Below are positions 10,205 to 19,844 of a stretch of 64,000 nucleotides of DNA, piece by piece. Every line of letters starts with the position of its first letter. The stretch's first letter is position 1. The DNA comes from Desulfurococcaceae archaeon. Its GTDB lineage: Archaea; Thermoproteota; Thermoprotei_A; Sulfolobales; Desulfurococcaceae. A model generated the notes under the pieces. That model was not told the origin of the DNA and did not search any database. It saw nothing but the letters and a program-made list of their open reading frames with translations. Both the position numbers and the translations under genes were made by a program. The stretch spans positions 109,075 through 173,074 of the forward strand of contig JBMFML010000002.1 of the NCBI GenBank assembly GCA_049970695.1, read 5' to 3'.

Positions 10205-10253
10205 TCAGCATGAGAGCTCTTCATCACAAGTCAAACGGTTCGCTAGTCATCAT
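10205..10253 (-). ncRNA. C/D-box guide sRNA (49 nt)
   Basis: The minus strand reads AUGAUGA-CUAGCGAACCGU-UUGA-CUU-GUGAUGA-AGAGCUCUCAUG-CUGA. C, C' and D boxes are canonical, D' has one mismatch, and both spacers are exactly 12 nt. The D box ends 12 nt upstream of the trm1 GTG. Confidence 0.75.
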
Positions 10254-10289
10254 CCAGTTGCTGTGAGCTTAAGCTCGACCCAACTTTCA

Positions 10290-11177
10290 CTATTTCTTTG
10301 CCTTATTAATAAGGTAGTCTACAATGAGCTCAGGTGGGTTTACTCCTGTAGCTCTGCGTAATCCCTCCCAGTGTGGAAACGCGTTTACTTCAAGAATGTA
10401 GTGCTTTTGGGTCTTCATGTCGAATGCTATGTCCACTCCAGCGTAGTCCAGTCCGAGAACCTTAACAGACTTTAGTGCAAGTGCGTAAACTTCTGGCTCT
10501 TCGGATTCTTTAATGGGCACGCCGCGAGCTCCTTGTGCTATGTTAGTTTTCCAGCTACTACTAACTCTTTTCATCGCTCCTATTACGTTGTCTCCAACGA
10601 CGAAGACTCTGTAGTCGTAGCCGGGCTTGTCGAGGTAGACTTGATAGTAGCTCGGCATTCCAATGTTCTTGAGCCCCCTCGTCACGTAGAAAGCTAGGTC
10701 TGCATTGCTTATCAGCATGCTTCCAAGCCCCAGGCTTCCAACTATTGGCTTGTGCACCGCAATTGCCCTTTTCTCGATAAACCTCATTGCAGAAAACGGA
10801 TTTTCAGTAACGAGGGTCTCGGGCACGGGCAGGCCGCTGAGATGTAGGCGCAAGAGGCATCTAAACTTATCTCTGGCGATGAAAGATGCTGTAGGATTGT
10901 TTATCATTGGCACTTGCATTGAAAGAGCCTCTAGTACACCTAGCCTCTTTAGAAAAGTATCTAGGTTCATGAACAGCCCGAAGTTCCTTAGCAACGCGGC
11001 ATCTATGTCTATCGGCTCGCTACCGTGGTATATCTCAACTCCTCGCACGGAGATAAGCGCATCTAGCATGTGAGCCTTTAGGTAAACCGGGGTGTGCCCC
11101 TTTGCTGCAATAGCGTCTACAAGCTCTTTTGCGGTGCCACTTGGGGTCTTTCTGTACTCTATGACGCCTATTTTCAA
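10290..11177 (-). CDS. RimK/LysX-family ATP-grasp ligase
   Basis: 295 aa with an ATP-grasp pattern (HKPIVGSLGLG, YDYRVFVVGD, YILEVNAFP). No LysW or lysine-biosynthesis neighbours. Confidence 0.8.
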   Translation of the reverse strand: MKIGVIEYRKTPSGTAKELVDAIAAKGHTPVYLKAHMLDALISVRGVEIYHGSEPIDIDAALLRNFGLFMNLDTFLKRLGVLEALSMQVPMINNPTASFIARDKFRCLLRLHLSGLPVPETLVTENPFSAMRFIEKRAIAVHKPIVGSLGLGSMLISNADLAFYVTRGLKNIGMPSYYQVYLDKPGYDYRVFVVGDNVIGAMKRVSSSWKTNIAQGARGVPIKESEEPEVYALALKSVKVLGLDYAGVDIAFDMKTQKHYILEVNAFPHWEGLRRATGVNPPELIVDYLINKAKK

Positions 11178-11515
11178 CTCAAGAACACCCTTATTCTCAG
11201 TGCTACCAACGTATAGATGAATGCGGATAGCGAAATACCTAGTGCTAGCAAGCCGCTGTAGGGGCTTCTAGAGTAGAGGAGTCCAGCAAGGCTTCCGAGC
11301 GCTGTTGAGAAGTATGAGAGTACTAGAAAAGCAATAGCACTACGCGTACTAGCAGTCTTACCTAAGTATATGATGGCAATGAATACAGCAACGCCGTATG
11401 CTACTAGCCCTGCAACAGCGCTCTCCAAGCTTATCCACGAAGTAACCAGTGCTGCAGCCGCTCCCTGTAGTATCGCGGGTATTAAGTACGCCCACCCTCT
11501 AATATCACTCACCAA
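11174..11515 (-). CDS. Small integral membrane protein (about 4 TM helices)
   Basis: 113 aa and strongly hydrophobic. Its stop overlaps the RimK-like start by 4 nt. Confidence 0.6.
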   Translation of the reverse strand: MVSDIRGWAYLIPAILQGAAAALVTSWISLESAVAGLVAYGVAVFIAIIYLGKTASTRSAIAFLVLSYFSTALGSLAGLLYSRSPYSGLLALGISLSAFIYTLVALRIRVFLS

Positions 11516-11543
11516 GTTGCAATTCTGAGTACAGGGCTTATTA

Positions 11544-12461
11544 CTAGTTACTGAGCCGTGTAATGAAGAGAGAAATCATAGTGAGGTAGATACCTGCCTC
11601 AAGCGGATCTGTATTAAACACTATTTCTAGGAGCCCTTTTCTCGTAGATCTAAGTTCTTTAAAAGAGGCTTCTTCGGCACTCGTGTATATCGCCACGAGA
11701 GGCTTGCCGACTTCAGAGGCTTTTTCGAGGATTAGGGAGAGTGGCATGTAAGTGGTGTTCAAGCCGGCTTCCGCTAGTGCCAGTGCGAATAATTGTGCTG
11801 AAGGCTCGAGAAGCTCACTAGACGTGAGCACAGGGCTTTCCAGCTCTGCCACCCTGCTTATGAGTGGGGAGTATTTCTCAACCAGAGACTCGGCGACCGC
11901 AGTAAATCCCTCTGTGCTGTGACTAAGCAACCTCTTTCCCCTGGCCTGCAAGACGTCCTTGTAGAGTCCTGTAAGAGCAATAAATGATGCAAAAGACAGT
12001 AAGAGCGCCGATGCGTAGACATCGCTCTGCGGAAATAATTCAACGCCGTAGTGCTTAGCTAGTAGTTTAAGCCTCTCATCGAGAGGCTGAGGTGCGTAGG
12101 CCCTGTAGTCTACTCCAAGTACTCTAACAGCTTGGAGAGAGGCAAAAAGCCTCGAGTACTCTCCAGTGCTGAACACAAGTACAGAGACGTCGTCTCTATA
12201 GGGAAGTACAAATGTGGTCGCACTCTCTAGGCTCATTAAGACAGCGTTTTGCCTTCCCGTAACAGTAGTGTACCAGTAAACCACACTTGCTGGTATACTT
12301 CCAAACCCCGTGTAGGCGCAGACAAGGACTTTGCCTGAGACCTGGGCAAGAAACTCGGCTATAGAGTTGGAAAAAACCCTGGCTTGCTTTTCTAGCTCTG
12401 CAACTTCACCTGCTACTTTTCTCAAACTATGGCTGTCTCTAAGCTTCTGCAGCAGCTGCAT
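11544..12461 (-). CDS. Hypothetical protein, possibly a two-lobed SIS-like fold
   Basis: 305 aa. The [17 protein letters not shown] and KPLVAIYTS segments are reminiscent of SIS sugar-phosphate-binding lobes, but the assignment is weak. Confidence 0.45.
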   Translation of the reverse strand: MQLLQKLRDSHSLRKVAGEVAELEKQARVFSNSIAEFLAQVSGKVLVCAYTGFGSIPASVVYWYTTVTGRQNAVLMSLESATTFVLPYRDDVSVLVFSTGEYSRLFASLQAVRVLGVDYRAYAPQPLDERLKLLAKHYGVELFPQSDVYASALLLSFASFIALTGLYKDVLQARGKRLLSHSTEGFTAVAESLVEKYSPLISRVAELESPVLTSSELLEPSAQLFALALAEAGLNTTYMPLSLILEKASEVGKPLVAIYTSAEEASFKELRSTRKGLLEIVFNTDPLEAGIYLTMISLFITRLSN

Positions 12462-13243
12462 TCTTTCTCATCTGGCTCGCTCGGTACAAGCTCTACTATT
12501 CTTGGAAGGAGCTTTTTGACTTTCGCTACGTTTTCGCTCATGGTTTTCATTACTTCTTCGGCTGTTACCGGTTTTTCAGCCCACACGTCGTAGTCTGTTA
12601 TCATTGCAATTGTAGCGTAGCAGAGCTGCGCTTCGCAAGCTAGGTTTATTTCTGGCACTAGCGTCATGCCAATGATGTCTGCCTTGAAGACTTCTTTCCA
12701 GATCCTGCTCTCGGCGCGCGTGCTGAACCTCGGCCCCTCAATACACACGTATGTTCCTTTACTGTGTATTCTAATGTCGGGGAACTCCGATGCAGCTTTC
12801 AATATGATCTTTCTCAGGTGCTCGCAGAAGGGATCTGCCATACTCACGTGAGCGACAACACCACCTTCAAAGAATGTGTGCGGGCGTATGCCTTTAGTCA
12901 TGTCAATGAATTGATCGGGTACTACGAAGTCTCCTGGTTTGTAGTCCTCTCTCAGGCTCCCTACGGCTGATACCGAGATAACCCACTTTGCTCCAAGAGC
13001 CTTCAAAGCCCATATGTTAGCCCTATAGTTGACTCTGTGCGGGGGTATTCTGTGCCCCTTTCCATGCCTAGCCAGGAAGGCCACTTTCCTTCCTCGGAGC
13101 ACGCCAACGACGATGTTGTCACTTGGCATTCCATATGGTGTGTAGACCTTGTATTCCCTTACTTCTTCTATTCCTGGTAACTCGTAAAGCCCGCTGCCTC
13201 CAATAATGCCTATTTCTACTTTAATAGGGGGCTCGATAAGCAA
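12422..13243 (-). CDS. mtnP: S-methyl-5'-thioadenosine phosphorylase (purine nucleoside phosphorylase family)
   Basis: 273 aa with [33 protein letters not shown] and GMTLVPE motifs. The cysteine-rich C-terminus is typical of hyperthermophile MTAPs. Confidence 0.88.
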   Translation of the reverse strand: MLIEPPIKVEIGIIGGSGLYELPGIEEVREYKVYTPYGMPSDNIVVGVLRGRKVAFLARHGKGHRIPPHRVNYRANIWALKALGAKWVISVSAVGSLREDYKPGDFVVPDQFIDMTKGIRPHTFFEGGVVAHVSMADPFCEHLRKIILKAASEFPDIRIHSKGTYVCIEGPRFSTRAESRIWKEVFKADIIGMTLVPEINLACEAQLCYATIAMITDYDVWAEKPVTAEEVMKTMSENVAKVKKLLPRIVELVPSEPDEKECSCCRSLETAIV

Positions 13244-13245
13244 GC

Positions 13246-13938
13246 TTAAGACACCAGCTTGTATACCTTTCTAGCAGGGTCGTACTCAACTATGCGCTTT
13301 TCAACCAACACATTTAGTGCTCTGGTATAATAGGCTTCTCCAACGTCAATGCCATACCAGTCCTTGAAGCCCTCGACTATTTCCTCATAAGTCCACTCGC
13401 GCTTGCCCGTTTCTTTGCTAGTCTCTACCATCATTCTTTTAATGAACTGGTAGGTGTCTTCGAGTCTCGTCCAGGGGTACTGGAACCACACCCACTCCTT
13501 AACTTCAATGTAATAGTAGTCCGGCTTGAATTTTGCAACGGGGCTTATCCACTGAAGCGCGGCCGTCCTCACCTCTTTCGGATTCCAGTTATCCCTTATG
13601 TAGTCTCTTGCGAGCTTCAAAGTCTCGCCAGTGTCAACGATGTCGTCAACAACAAGTATTCTCAAGCCCTCGGCATTTAGTATGTACGGGAACTTCAATA
13701 TAGCCCTCTCTTCAACCTTGGCAGCCTCTGTCCAGTGCTGGCTTTGCAGGCTGAGTAGATTTTCTACGCCGAGGAAGTCGCACAGTAGCCTTGCAGGAAC
13801 AAAACCGCCACGGGCGACAGCGACTACTAGGTCTGGTATATACCCATCGTTGCGTATTATGTCGGCGAGGTGCATGCTCCAGTCTACGATTTCCTCCCAG
13901 GATACGAGCTTGGTCTTGACTCGCACCATGCCTATCAC
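13246..13938 (-). CDS. Purine phosphoribosyltransferase with C-terminal extension
   Basis: 230 aa with the PRPP-binding motif [14 protein letters not shown]. Adjacent to MTAP (purine salvage). Confidence 0.8.
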   Translation of the reverse strand: MIGMVRVKTKLVSWEEIVDWSMHLADIIRNDGYIPDLVVAVARGGFVPARLLCDFLGVENLLSLQSQHWTEAAKVEERAILKFPYILNAEGLRILVVDDIVDTGETLKLARDYIRDNWNPKEVRTAALQWISPVAKFKPDYYYIEVKEWVWFQYPWTRLEDTYQFIKRMMVETSKETGKREWTYEEIVEGFKDWYGIDVGEAYYTRALNVLVEKRIVEYDPARKVYKLVS

Positions 13939-13973
13939 ATAGTTATGAAAGAGTTGAGGGAATAAAAGACTTA

Positions 13974-14534
13974 TCAGCGGGATTTTTCAGCAAGTATTAG
14001 CCTATAGGGCACTGTGAAGCCCCTGCCTCCTAAGTGCATTAGCACTCTGCCCCCCTTGGTAATGTTCCAGCCGAATTTAGAGTACGCGTCTTCCTTGACG
14101 TGAATGGCGAGGACTTCTGCAATAATCAGCGAGGTGTCGTCAGAGACGGCTACTTCTTTTGCGACTTTACACTCGAGAAAACCCAGCATACCAGCTAAGC
14201 CTGGTGTACCAATGCGGGCAGAATTCACTGTTTTTAGTCCGAGTAGGCTTAGTTTGTCGACTTCTCTGCCACTCAAACTTCCAGCTTTGTAAACGACGTC
14301 CACGTGCTCTTCGCCTGGAATGTTGATTGTGAACTCCCCAGTTTCCTTGATGTACTGGTATGTCAGGCTACCCGTCCATATGGAAAGGGCAACTAGGAAC
14401 GGCTCATCGGACACGGGGCTGACCCACGAAGCTGACATTACGTTTAGTCTTCCTTCGCGGCTCCTTGAAACTATTAAGTAGACAGGCCTGGGGTGTAGCA
14501 CGTGGTAGTCGCTTGGCTCAACCTGCTTGTACAA
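13974..14534 (-). CDS. Flavin reductase-like FMN-binding protein
   Basis: 186 aa. The LHPRPVYLIVSR...NVMSASWVSPVS pattern is typical of the flavin reductase-like domain. Confidence 0.75.
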   Translation of the reverse strand: MYKQVEPSDYHVLHPRPVYLIVSRSREGRLNVMSASWVSPVSDEPFLVALSIWTGSLTYQYIKETGEFTINIPGEEHVDVVYKAGSLSGREVDKLSLLGLKTVNSARIGTPGLAGMLGFLECKVAKEVAVSDDTSLIIAEVLAIHVKEDAYSKFGWNITKGGRVLMHLGGRGFTVPYRLILAEKSR

Positions 14535-14638
14535 GTTCTCACCACACTACTTGCGTATTCGGCTGATGGGTTAATTAGGGAAATTCCTGGGAATTTGCTG
14601 GTTAAAAAGCCCTATGCTGTTACTAAATTACTGGAGGT

Positions 14639-14723
14639 GCGGGGGTGCCCGAGCCTGGTCAAAGGGGTCGGGCTCAGGACCCGATGGCGTAGGCCTGCGT
14701 GGGTTCAAATCCCACCCCCCGCA
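14639..14723 (+). tRNA. tRNA-Leu (anticodon CAG), class II, no intron
   Basis: Cloverleaf read by eye: acceptor GCGGGGG/CCCCCGC, anticodon arm TCGGG-CTCAGGA-CCCGA, long variable arm, T arm GTGGG-TTCAAAT-CCCAC. TTAAAAAG lies about 30 nt upstream. Confidence 0.9.
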
Positions 14724-14753
14724 CTCCTGTACTAGTCTAAGTTTAATTGAGTA

Positions 14754-16118
14754 ATGGAATCCCCTGGGCGTGGTGAGTGCGAAGTGGTGTTTGAGGGTAT
14801 CAAGCAAGCACTAGCGGCCTTCCTGAAGCGCGAGAAGTACGAAGAAGCCGTAAACGAGTTCGTAAAGGAGCTGCAAAAAGAGCTCATAAAGTCGGACGTT
14901 AACCTGAAGCTTGTCGCGGAGATCAGCAATAGGATAAAGCAGAGGGCTCTCAGTGAAGCCCCACCACCCGGCATTCCGAAAAAGCACTGGTTTATAACCA
15001 TAGTATACGAAGAACTCGTCAAAATGCTTGGTGGCGATAAAAAGCCTAGTGTAAAGCCCCCGAAAAAGCCCTGGATCATTCTCCTAGTTGGGCTGCAGGG
15101 AAGCGGGAAGACGACAACAGCAGCCAAGCTCGCCTACTTTTACAAACTCGAAGGCTATAAGGTAGGGCTGGTCGCAGCCGACCCCTATAGGCCAGCGGCT
15201 TACGAGCAGCTAAAGCAACTTGGAGACAAAGTAGGCATTCCCGTCTACGGTGAACCAGGTGAACAAGACTCAGTGAAAATAGCAAGGAATGGCGTCAACT
15301 ACTTCTTGAAGAGCGGTTTCGACATTGTAGTCATAGACACTGCTGGAAGGCACCACAAAGAAGAGGCTTTGCTAGAGGAAATGAAGCAGCTATATAACGA
15401 AATCGAACCTGATGAAGTAATGCTCGTAATAGATGCCTCAATGGGGCAGCAAGCTTATACTATTGCGAAGAAGTTTCACGAAGCCGCGCCAATAGGGTCA
15501 ATTATAGTAACAAAGCTTGATGGAACGGCCAAAGGTGGTGGAGCCCTCTCAGCTGTCGCTGCTACAGGTGCGCAGATAAAGTTCGTCGGCACAGGAGAGC
15601 TCATAGAGGACTTCGAAGTGTTCAAACCATCGAGTTTCGTGTCTAGGATTCTCGGATTCGGAGACCTTGAGAGCCTCGTGGAAAGAGTGAAGAAGGCACA
15701 AATAGAGCTCACCGAGAAGGACGTCGAAGAAATGCTCAAAGGCAAGCTCAACATGAGACTTGTGTATAAGCAGCTACTAAGCTTGAAGAAGCTGGGACCT
15801 ATGCGCAAAATTCTGCAGGCTATTCCAGGGCTCGAGCTCAAGTTGCCCTTTGAAGTAGACTCAAAGGAACTCGACGAAAAGCTGGCAAAGTGGATTGCGA
15901 TAATCAATTCGATGACTTACGAAGAACTCGACAACCCAGAGATAATAGATAAGTCCAGGATGAAGCGCATAGCTCGTGGCGCGGGAGTGAATGTTGAAGA
16001 CGTCCGCGAGCTGCTCAGGCAGTATGAGCTTGTCAAGAAAATGATGAAATCGCTGAGGAAAAAAGACGTGCTGAAGAAGCTAGGGCTTAAGCTGCCCCCA
16101 GAAGTGCTTAAAGAGTAA
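14754..16118 (+). CDS. srp54: Signal recognition particle protein SRP54
   Basis: 454 aa with GTPase motifs GLQGSGKTTT, DTAGR and TKLDG, plus a Met/Lys-rich M domain. The true start may be the GTG at about 14781-14784 (VVFEGIKQAL). Confidence 0.93.
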   Translation: MESPGRGECEVVFEGIKQALAAFLKREKYEEAVNEFVKELQKELIKSDVNLKLVAEISNRIKQRALSEAPPPGIPKKHWFITIVYEELVKMLGGDKKPSVKPPKKPWIILLVGLQGSGKTTTAAKLAYFYKLEGYKVGLVAADPYRPAAYEQLKQLGDKVGIPVYGEPGEQDSVKIARNGVNYFLKSGFDIVVIDTAGRHHKEEALLEEMKQLYNEIEPDEVMLVIDASMGQQAYTIAKKFHEAAPIGSIIVTKLDGTAKGGGALSAVAATGAQIKFVGTGELIEDFEVFKPSSFVSRILGFGDLESLVERVKKAQIELTEKDVEEMLKGKLNMRLVYKQLLSLKKLGPMRKILQAIPGLELKLPFEVDSKELDEKLAKWIAIINSMTYEELDNPEIIDKSRMKRIARGAGVNVEDVRELLRQYELVKKMMKSLRKKDVLKKLGLKLPPEVLKE

Positions 16119-16169
16119 GCACAACTAGGTAGGTACAGCTACCCGACTTAGTAGCCAATAGGTGTCTCC

Positions 16170-17531
16170 GTGAGTGCTAATAAAGCACGCAACAGTGGCC
16201 TCGACGAGTTCTTGAAGCACGTCGCAGAAATGGTTGATAAAGCAGAGAAGATGCTCTATGAATACCCCCTGTGCGATAGTTGCCTTGGGAGGTTTTTCTC
16301 TAAGTATGGTCTGGGCTTGAGCAACTGGGAGAGAGGCAGGACGCTGAAGACTCTGCTCGCCATGAAGCTCTACGAGGATTACATCTCTGGAAAAGCGTCT
16401 GAGGAGAGGCTCCGCAGACTCGGAGTCAATGCCAACGCTGGGGTGCTTTCAATGTACACAAAGCTATTTGGCCTAGCTGGCGCGACCCCTAGAGAGTGTT
16501 ACGTATGCAGAAACGCCTATACCCGCGACCTCATTCTGAAAATAGCAAATGACGTCTGCAGCAAGATATCGGAATATGGTGCCAAGAGCTTTCTTATCGG
16601 AGTCGCGCTAGACAAGGAAATTGCGAGCAGAGAACTAGAGTTAGCCACGAAGTATGGGCTTTCAGCTGCCGAGAGCATTAAGAGAGAAATAAAGAGGGAG
16701 GTCGGAAAAGCCGCCAAGGAACTGTGCAACATAGAGCCGGACTTTGCAAATCCGGATGTAGTGGCCATTATAAACCTGAACGCCGACTTCACGTACAGCG
16801 TTAGAATAGAGGCAAGCCCCATTCTGCTCAAGGGAGTCTACTGGAAGCTTGGTAGAAGAGTATCGCACGTTCCTTGGTACACGAAGGCCGGTACCAGGAA
16901 GTATCCACTTAGTATTCAGGAGTCCATAGAGGCCGCCTTGAAAGATGTCTTCAAAGCGAAAGAAGTTGTAATACACGCGGCTGGGCGAGAAGACGTAGAT
17001 GCTAGAATGGTGGGTACTGGCAGGCCGCTAGTAATAGAGGTAAAAGAGCCAAAAGAGAGATTACTAGATATTGAGTACTTGAACACCGTATTGGCTGAAA
17101 AGTTAGCAAGTAGCCCCGTTAAAGCCCAGGTGACATCGCCATCCACGAGGAAGGATGTGAGGCTCTTAAAGGAGCTTTCTAAGAAGAAGAGAAAAGCCTA
17201 CAGGTTACTCGTGTATTCACCGCACGCACCAATATCTCGCGACGAAGTAGCCCGCCTCGAGGAATTCTTCCGCGACGTCGTAATTAGGCAACTAACGCCT
17301 CAAAGAGTGCTGAGAAGAAAGAAGGAGCGCGAAAGAAGACGCAGAGTACACGCCTTGAAGGTCCTACAGATAACCCCTAGGCTAGTCGAGGTGCTAATTT
17401 ACTGCGATGGAGGACTCTACGTTAAAGAGCTCGTGCACTGTGATGAGGGGAGGACAAGTCCCTGCCTGGCGGAACTCTTGAACAAAGTGCTAGTACCCCT
17501 GGAAATCGACGTGGTAAAAGTAGAAGAGTAG
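16170..17531 (+). CDS. pus10: tRNA pseudouridine synthase Pus10
   Basis: 453 aa with an N-terminal Zn-binding CDSCLGRFF...CYVCRN, a THUMP-like middle region and a C-terminal catalytic domain (GREDVDARMVGTGRP). Confidence 0.85.
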   Translation: MSANKARNSGLDEFLKHVAEMVDKAEKMLYEYPLCDSCLGRFFSKYGLGLSNWERGRTLKTLLAMKLYEDYISGKASEERLRRLGVNANAGVLSMYTKLFGLAGATPRECYVCRNAYTRDLILKIANDVCSKISEYGAKSFLIGVALDKEIASRELELATKYGLSAAESIKREIKREVGKAAKELCNIEPDFANPDVVAIINLNADFTYSVRIEASPILLKGVYWKLGRRVSHVPWYTKAGTRKYPLSIQESIEAALKDVFKAKEVVIHAAGREDVDARMVGTGRPLVIEVKEPKERLLDIEYLNTVLAEKLASSPVKAQVTSPSTRKDVRLLKELSKKKRKAYRLLVYSPHAPISRDEVARLEEFFRDVVIRQLTPQRVLRRKKERERRRRVHALKVLQITPRLVEVLIYCDGGLYVKELVHCDEGRTSPCLAELLNKVLVPLEIDVVKVEE

Positions 17532-17615
17532 TTGCGGGTTAACGTGTTTTAAAAAGTTGCAAGCACATAAAGATGTCTAGCAACACTATTGCAATTACAC
17601 GTAGGTGGATTTTAA

Positions 17616-17936
17616 GTGGTTAAAGCACCTAAGGGCTTTAGGCATAGAACACGAAAGCTGCTCAGGAAGAGCGTTAGAGAAAAGGGCGCCGTACCACCGC
17701 TGAGCCTGCTAATGATAGAGTACAAGCCAGGTGACAGAGTCCACATAGTCATAAACCCATCCGTCTTCAAGGGCATGCCTCACAGAAGGTATCACGGTAA
17801 AACAGGCGTTGTAGTGGGTAAACGAGGCAAGTGCTACATAGTAAAGGTCATGCTAGGAGATAAGGAGAAGACGTTGTTTGTCAGACCCGAGCACTTGAGA
17901 CCAGCAGAAATCCAAGCCGGGCAGACTACTTCTTAG
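17616..17936 (+). CDS. rpl21e: 50S ribosomal protein L21e
   Basis: 106 aa: MVKAPKGFRHRTRKLLRK...YHGKTGVVVG. Confidence 0.93.
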   Translation: MVKAPKGFRHRTRKLLRKSVREKGAVPPLSLLMIEYKPGDRVHIVINPSVFKGMPHRRYHGKTGVVVGKRGKCYIVKVMLGDKEKTLFVRPEHLRPAEIQAGQTTS

Positions 17937-17948
17937 TGATAAATTCTC

Positions 17949-18329
17949 GTGGTGGAGTTCTTGTCAGCGCTTGTGCGAATTAAGCCGGAAGAATTGAAGT
18001 TACTTTCGAATCCAGAAGCGCTTGCTTACTTAAGGAAGTATGAAAAACTCGCGAGAGAGCTTTCAGGTACAGTACCCCTTCTCGCATCCCGCGTCATTGA
18101 GTACCTCTCGAAGTTCTCGAAAATGCCGCCCGATAATGCAAGAAGCCTCAGAGAAAAGCTTGAATCCATGGGCTTTAAAGAAGAAACGATAGTAATGATT
18201 GTAAACACTTGCCCTAAGAGCGTTGATGAGCTCCGCTCACTACTAGAGCTGGAAGAAAAAGTCTACGAAACGGGCACGCTTGAGGAGGTTCTAAAGCTTC
18301 TCTCAGAGTACTGCGTTGAGTCTAAGTGA
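17949..18329 (+). CDS. rpoF: DNA-directed RNA polymerase subunit F (Rpo4)
   Basis: 126-aa helical protein in the conserved archaeal L21e-RpoF-DUF655-KsgA gene order. The call rests on context plus size. Confidence 0.7.
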   Translation: MVEFLSALVRIKPEELKLLSNPEALAYLRKYEKLARELSGTVPLLASRVIEYLSKFSKMPPDNARSLREKLESMGFKEETIVMIVNTCPKSVDELRSLLELEEKVYETGTLEEVLKLLSEYCVESK

Positions 18330-19027
18330 GAAAGCCAAATTACGGCTTTTTGCAGAAAGTAAATCCGTACGCTGAGGGCAGTCTCGACTTGAGTAAGAGA
18401 CCAACAGCTTACAGGCCTTACCCGAGACGGGAGCCTCGCTATGAGCACTACGTCTATATACTCGACTACCTAGAGCTGGGCAATCCCTCAGACGTGCACT
18501 ACGAGCACAGAAATCAGCCCTTCGTACAATGTATTGGAACCAAGTACTTCACACTTCTCGAGGCTACACCACTAATTGGAATTAAAATAGAAGTCATGGA
18601 AAAAGTCGACCTAAGCTACCCAAGCAAACTTAGAAGACTAATTCCAATAACCTATAACGAGCTCACATCTCTTGCCAGGTCCAACCTCCCGGAAGCCGTT
18701 AAGAGAATAATCCTGGAAAACGAAAAGACGTTCGTGGAGTTCTTCAACATAGCCGAGCCGATAAACATAAGGCTACACGCACTCGAGCTCTTGCCTGAAA
18801 TCGGGAGGAAGACCATGAATGCCATACTTGAGAGCAGGAGGATACAGCCGTTCAAGAGCTTCGAAGATATTAGGAACAGGACTAAAGTAGACCCCGTGAA
18901 AGTACTCGTAGAGAGGATAGTTCGAGAACTTGCTGGAGGCGAGAAGTACTACTTGTTTGTTAAGCCCAGAGACCAGCAGGGACTCTACCTCGGCTACTTG
19001 GAGAAGCTTTATGGCGAATTCTTTTAG
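18326..19027 (+). CDS. DUF655 nucleic-acid-binding protein (HhH-containing)
   Basis: 233 aa in the conserved position between rpoF and ksgA. The C-terminal LHALELLPEIGRKTMNAILESR is helix-hairpin-helix-like. Confidence 0.7.
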   Translation: MRKPNYGFLQKVNPYAEGSLDLSKRPTAYRPYPRREPRYEHYVYILDYLELGNPSDVHYEHRNQPFVQCIGTKYFTLLEATPLIGIKIEVMEKVDLSYPSKLRRLIPITYNELTSLARSNLPEAVKRIILENEKTFVEFFNIAEPINIRLHALELLPEIGRKTMNAILESRRIQPFKSFEDIRNRTKVDPVKVLVERIVRELAGGEKYYLFVKPRDQQGLYLGYLEKLYGEFF

Positions 19028-19844
19028 CCCGCTCGAGCTGAGCAAAAAGCAGCTCTACTTCTGGACAATTAAGATTCTCAGAGAACACGGAATTAGGCCT
19101 CGCAAAAAGCTGAGCCAAAACTTCGTCGTAGATCCGGAGCTTCTGAGGGAAGTGGCAGGCTACGTTGAAAAGGAACCAACAGTGGAAATAGGCTGTGGTA
19201 TTGGAACGCTCTCGCTTGCGCTCATTCACAAGACGCCTAGGCTTGTTTGCGTAGAAATTGACGAAAAGCTGTGCGAAATCTCTAGAGATGTTGTTAAATC
19301 GGTAAAATTCATAGTAGTAAGAGGTGACGCTAGAGAGCACTCCCTACTTGCAAAGCAAGTCGTTTCAAATCTTCCATACCACATAACATCAGACCTCATA
19401 GTTAAAATCGCGAGAGAAAACAACATTGAAAGAGCAGTACTCACGGTTCAAAAAGAAGTGGCCGAGAGACTCGCATCAAAGCCCGGTACAAGGAGCTATG
19501 GAAAGCTCTCTGTGCTAGTTAACGTGCTCTTTGCAGTCAAGCTCGGAGGAGTTTATCCTCCATCGAGCTTCTACCCAGCGCCAGAAGTACACCACCAGGT
19601 CGTGGTACTCGAGAGGAAGAGGCCCTATGGAAAAGACGTGGAGTTCCTCGAGGTAATCGTGAAGAAGCTCTTTACTCAGCGGAGGAGGGTCCTGGACAAA
19701 CTACTAGAAGAGTTCTTTGGAGTTAAGCTAAGCGAGTTGGGAGAGCTTGGCAGAGCGATTTCGGGCAAGAGAGTCTACTTCCTCGAACCTCACCAGCTCT
19801 ACGAGCTAGCTATGCTCATTCGCGAAAAAGGTGTAAGTGCATGA
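19011..19844 (+). CDS. rsmA: 16S rRNA dimethyladenosine transferase KsgA/Dim1
   Basis: Motifs LSQNFVVDPELL, VEIGCGIGTLS and VSNLPYHITS. I place the start at the ATG at 19011 (MANSF...) rather than at the track start 18930, which lies deep inside DUF655. Confidence 0.88.
   Translation: MANSFSPLELSKKQLYFWTIKILREHGIRPRKKLSQNFVVDPELLREVAGYVEKEPTVEIGCGIGTLSLALIHKTPRLVCVEIDEKLCEISRDVVKSVKFIVVRGDAREHSLLAKQVVSNLPYHITSDLIVKIARENNIERAVLTVQKEVAERLASKPGTRSYGKLSVLVNVLFAVKLGGVYPPSSFYPAPEVHHQVVVLERKRPYGKDVEFLEVIVKKLFTQRRRVLDKLLEEFFGVKLSELGELGRAISGKRVYFLEPHQLYELAMLIREKGVSA

Noticed and set aside
16041-16077. ATGATGA followed by two CTGA motifs inside the srp54 3' end
   Set aside because: The spacing (5 and 26 nt) is incompatible with C/D sRNA geometry. 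The sequence simply encodes the Lys/Met-rich SRP54 C-terminus.
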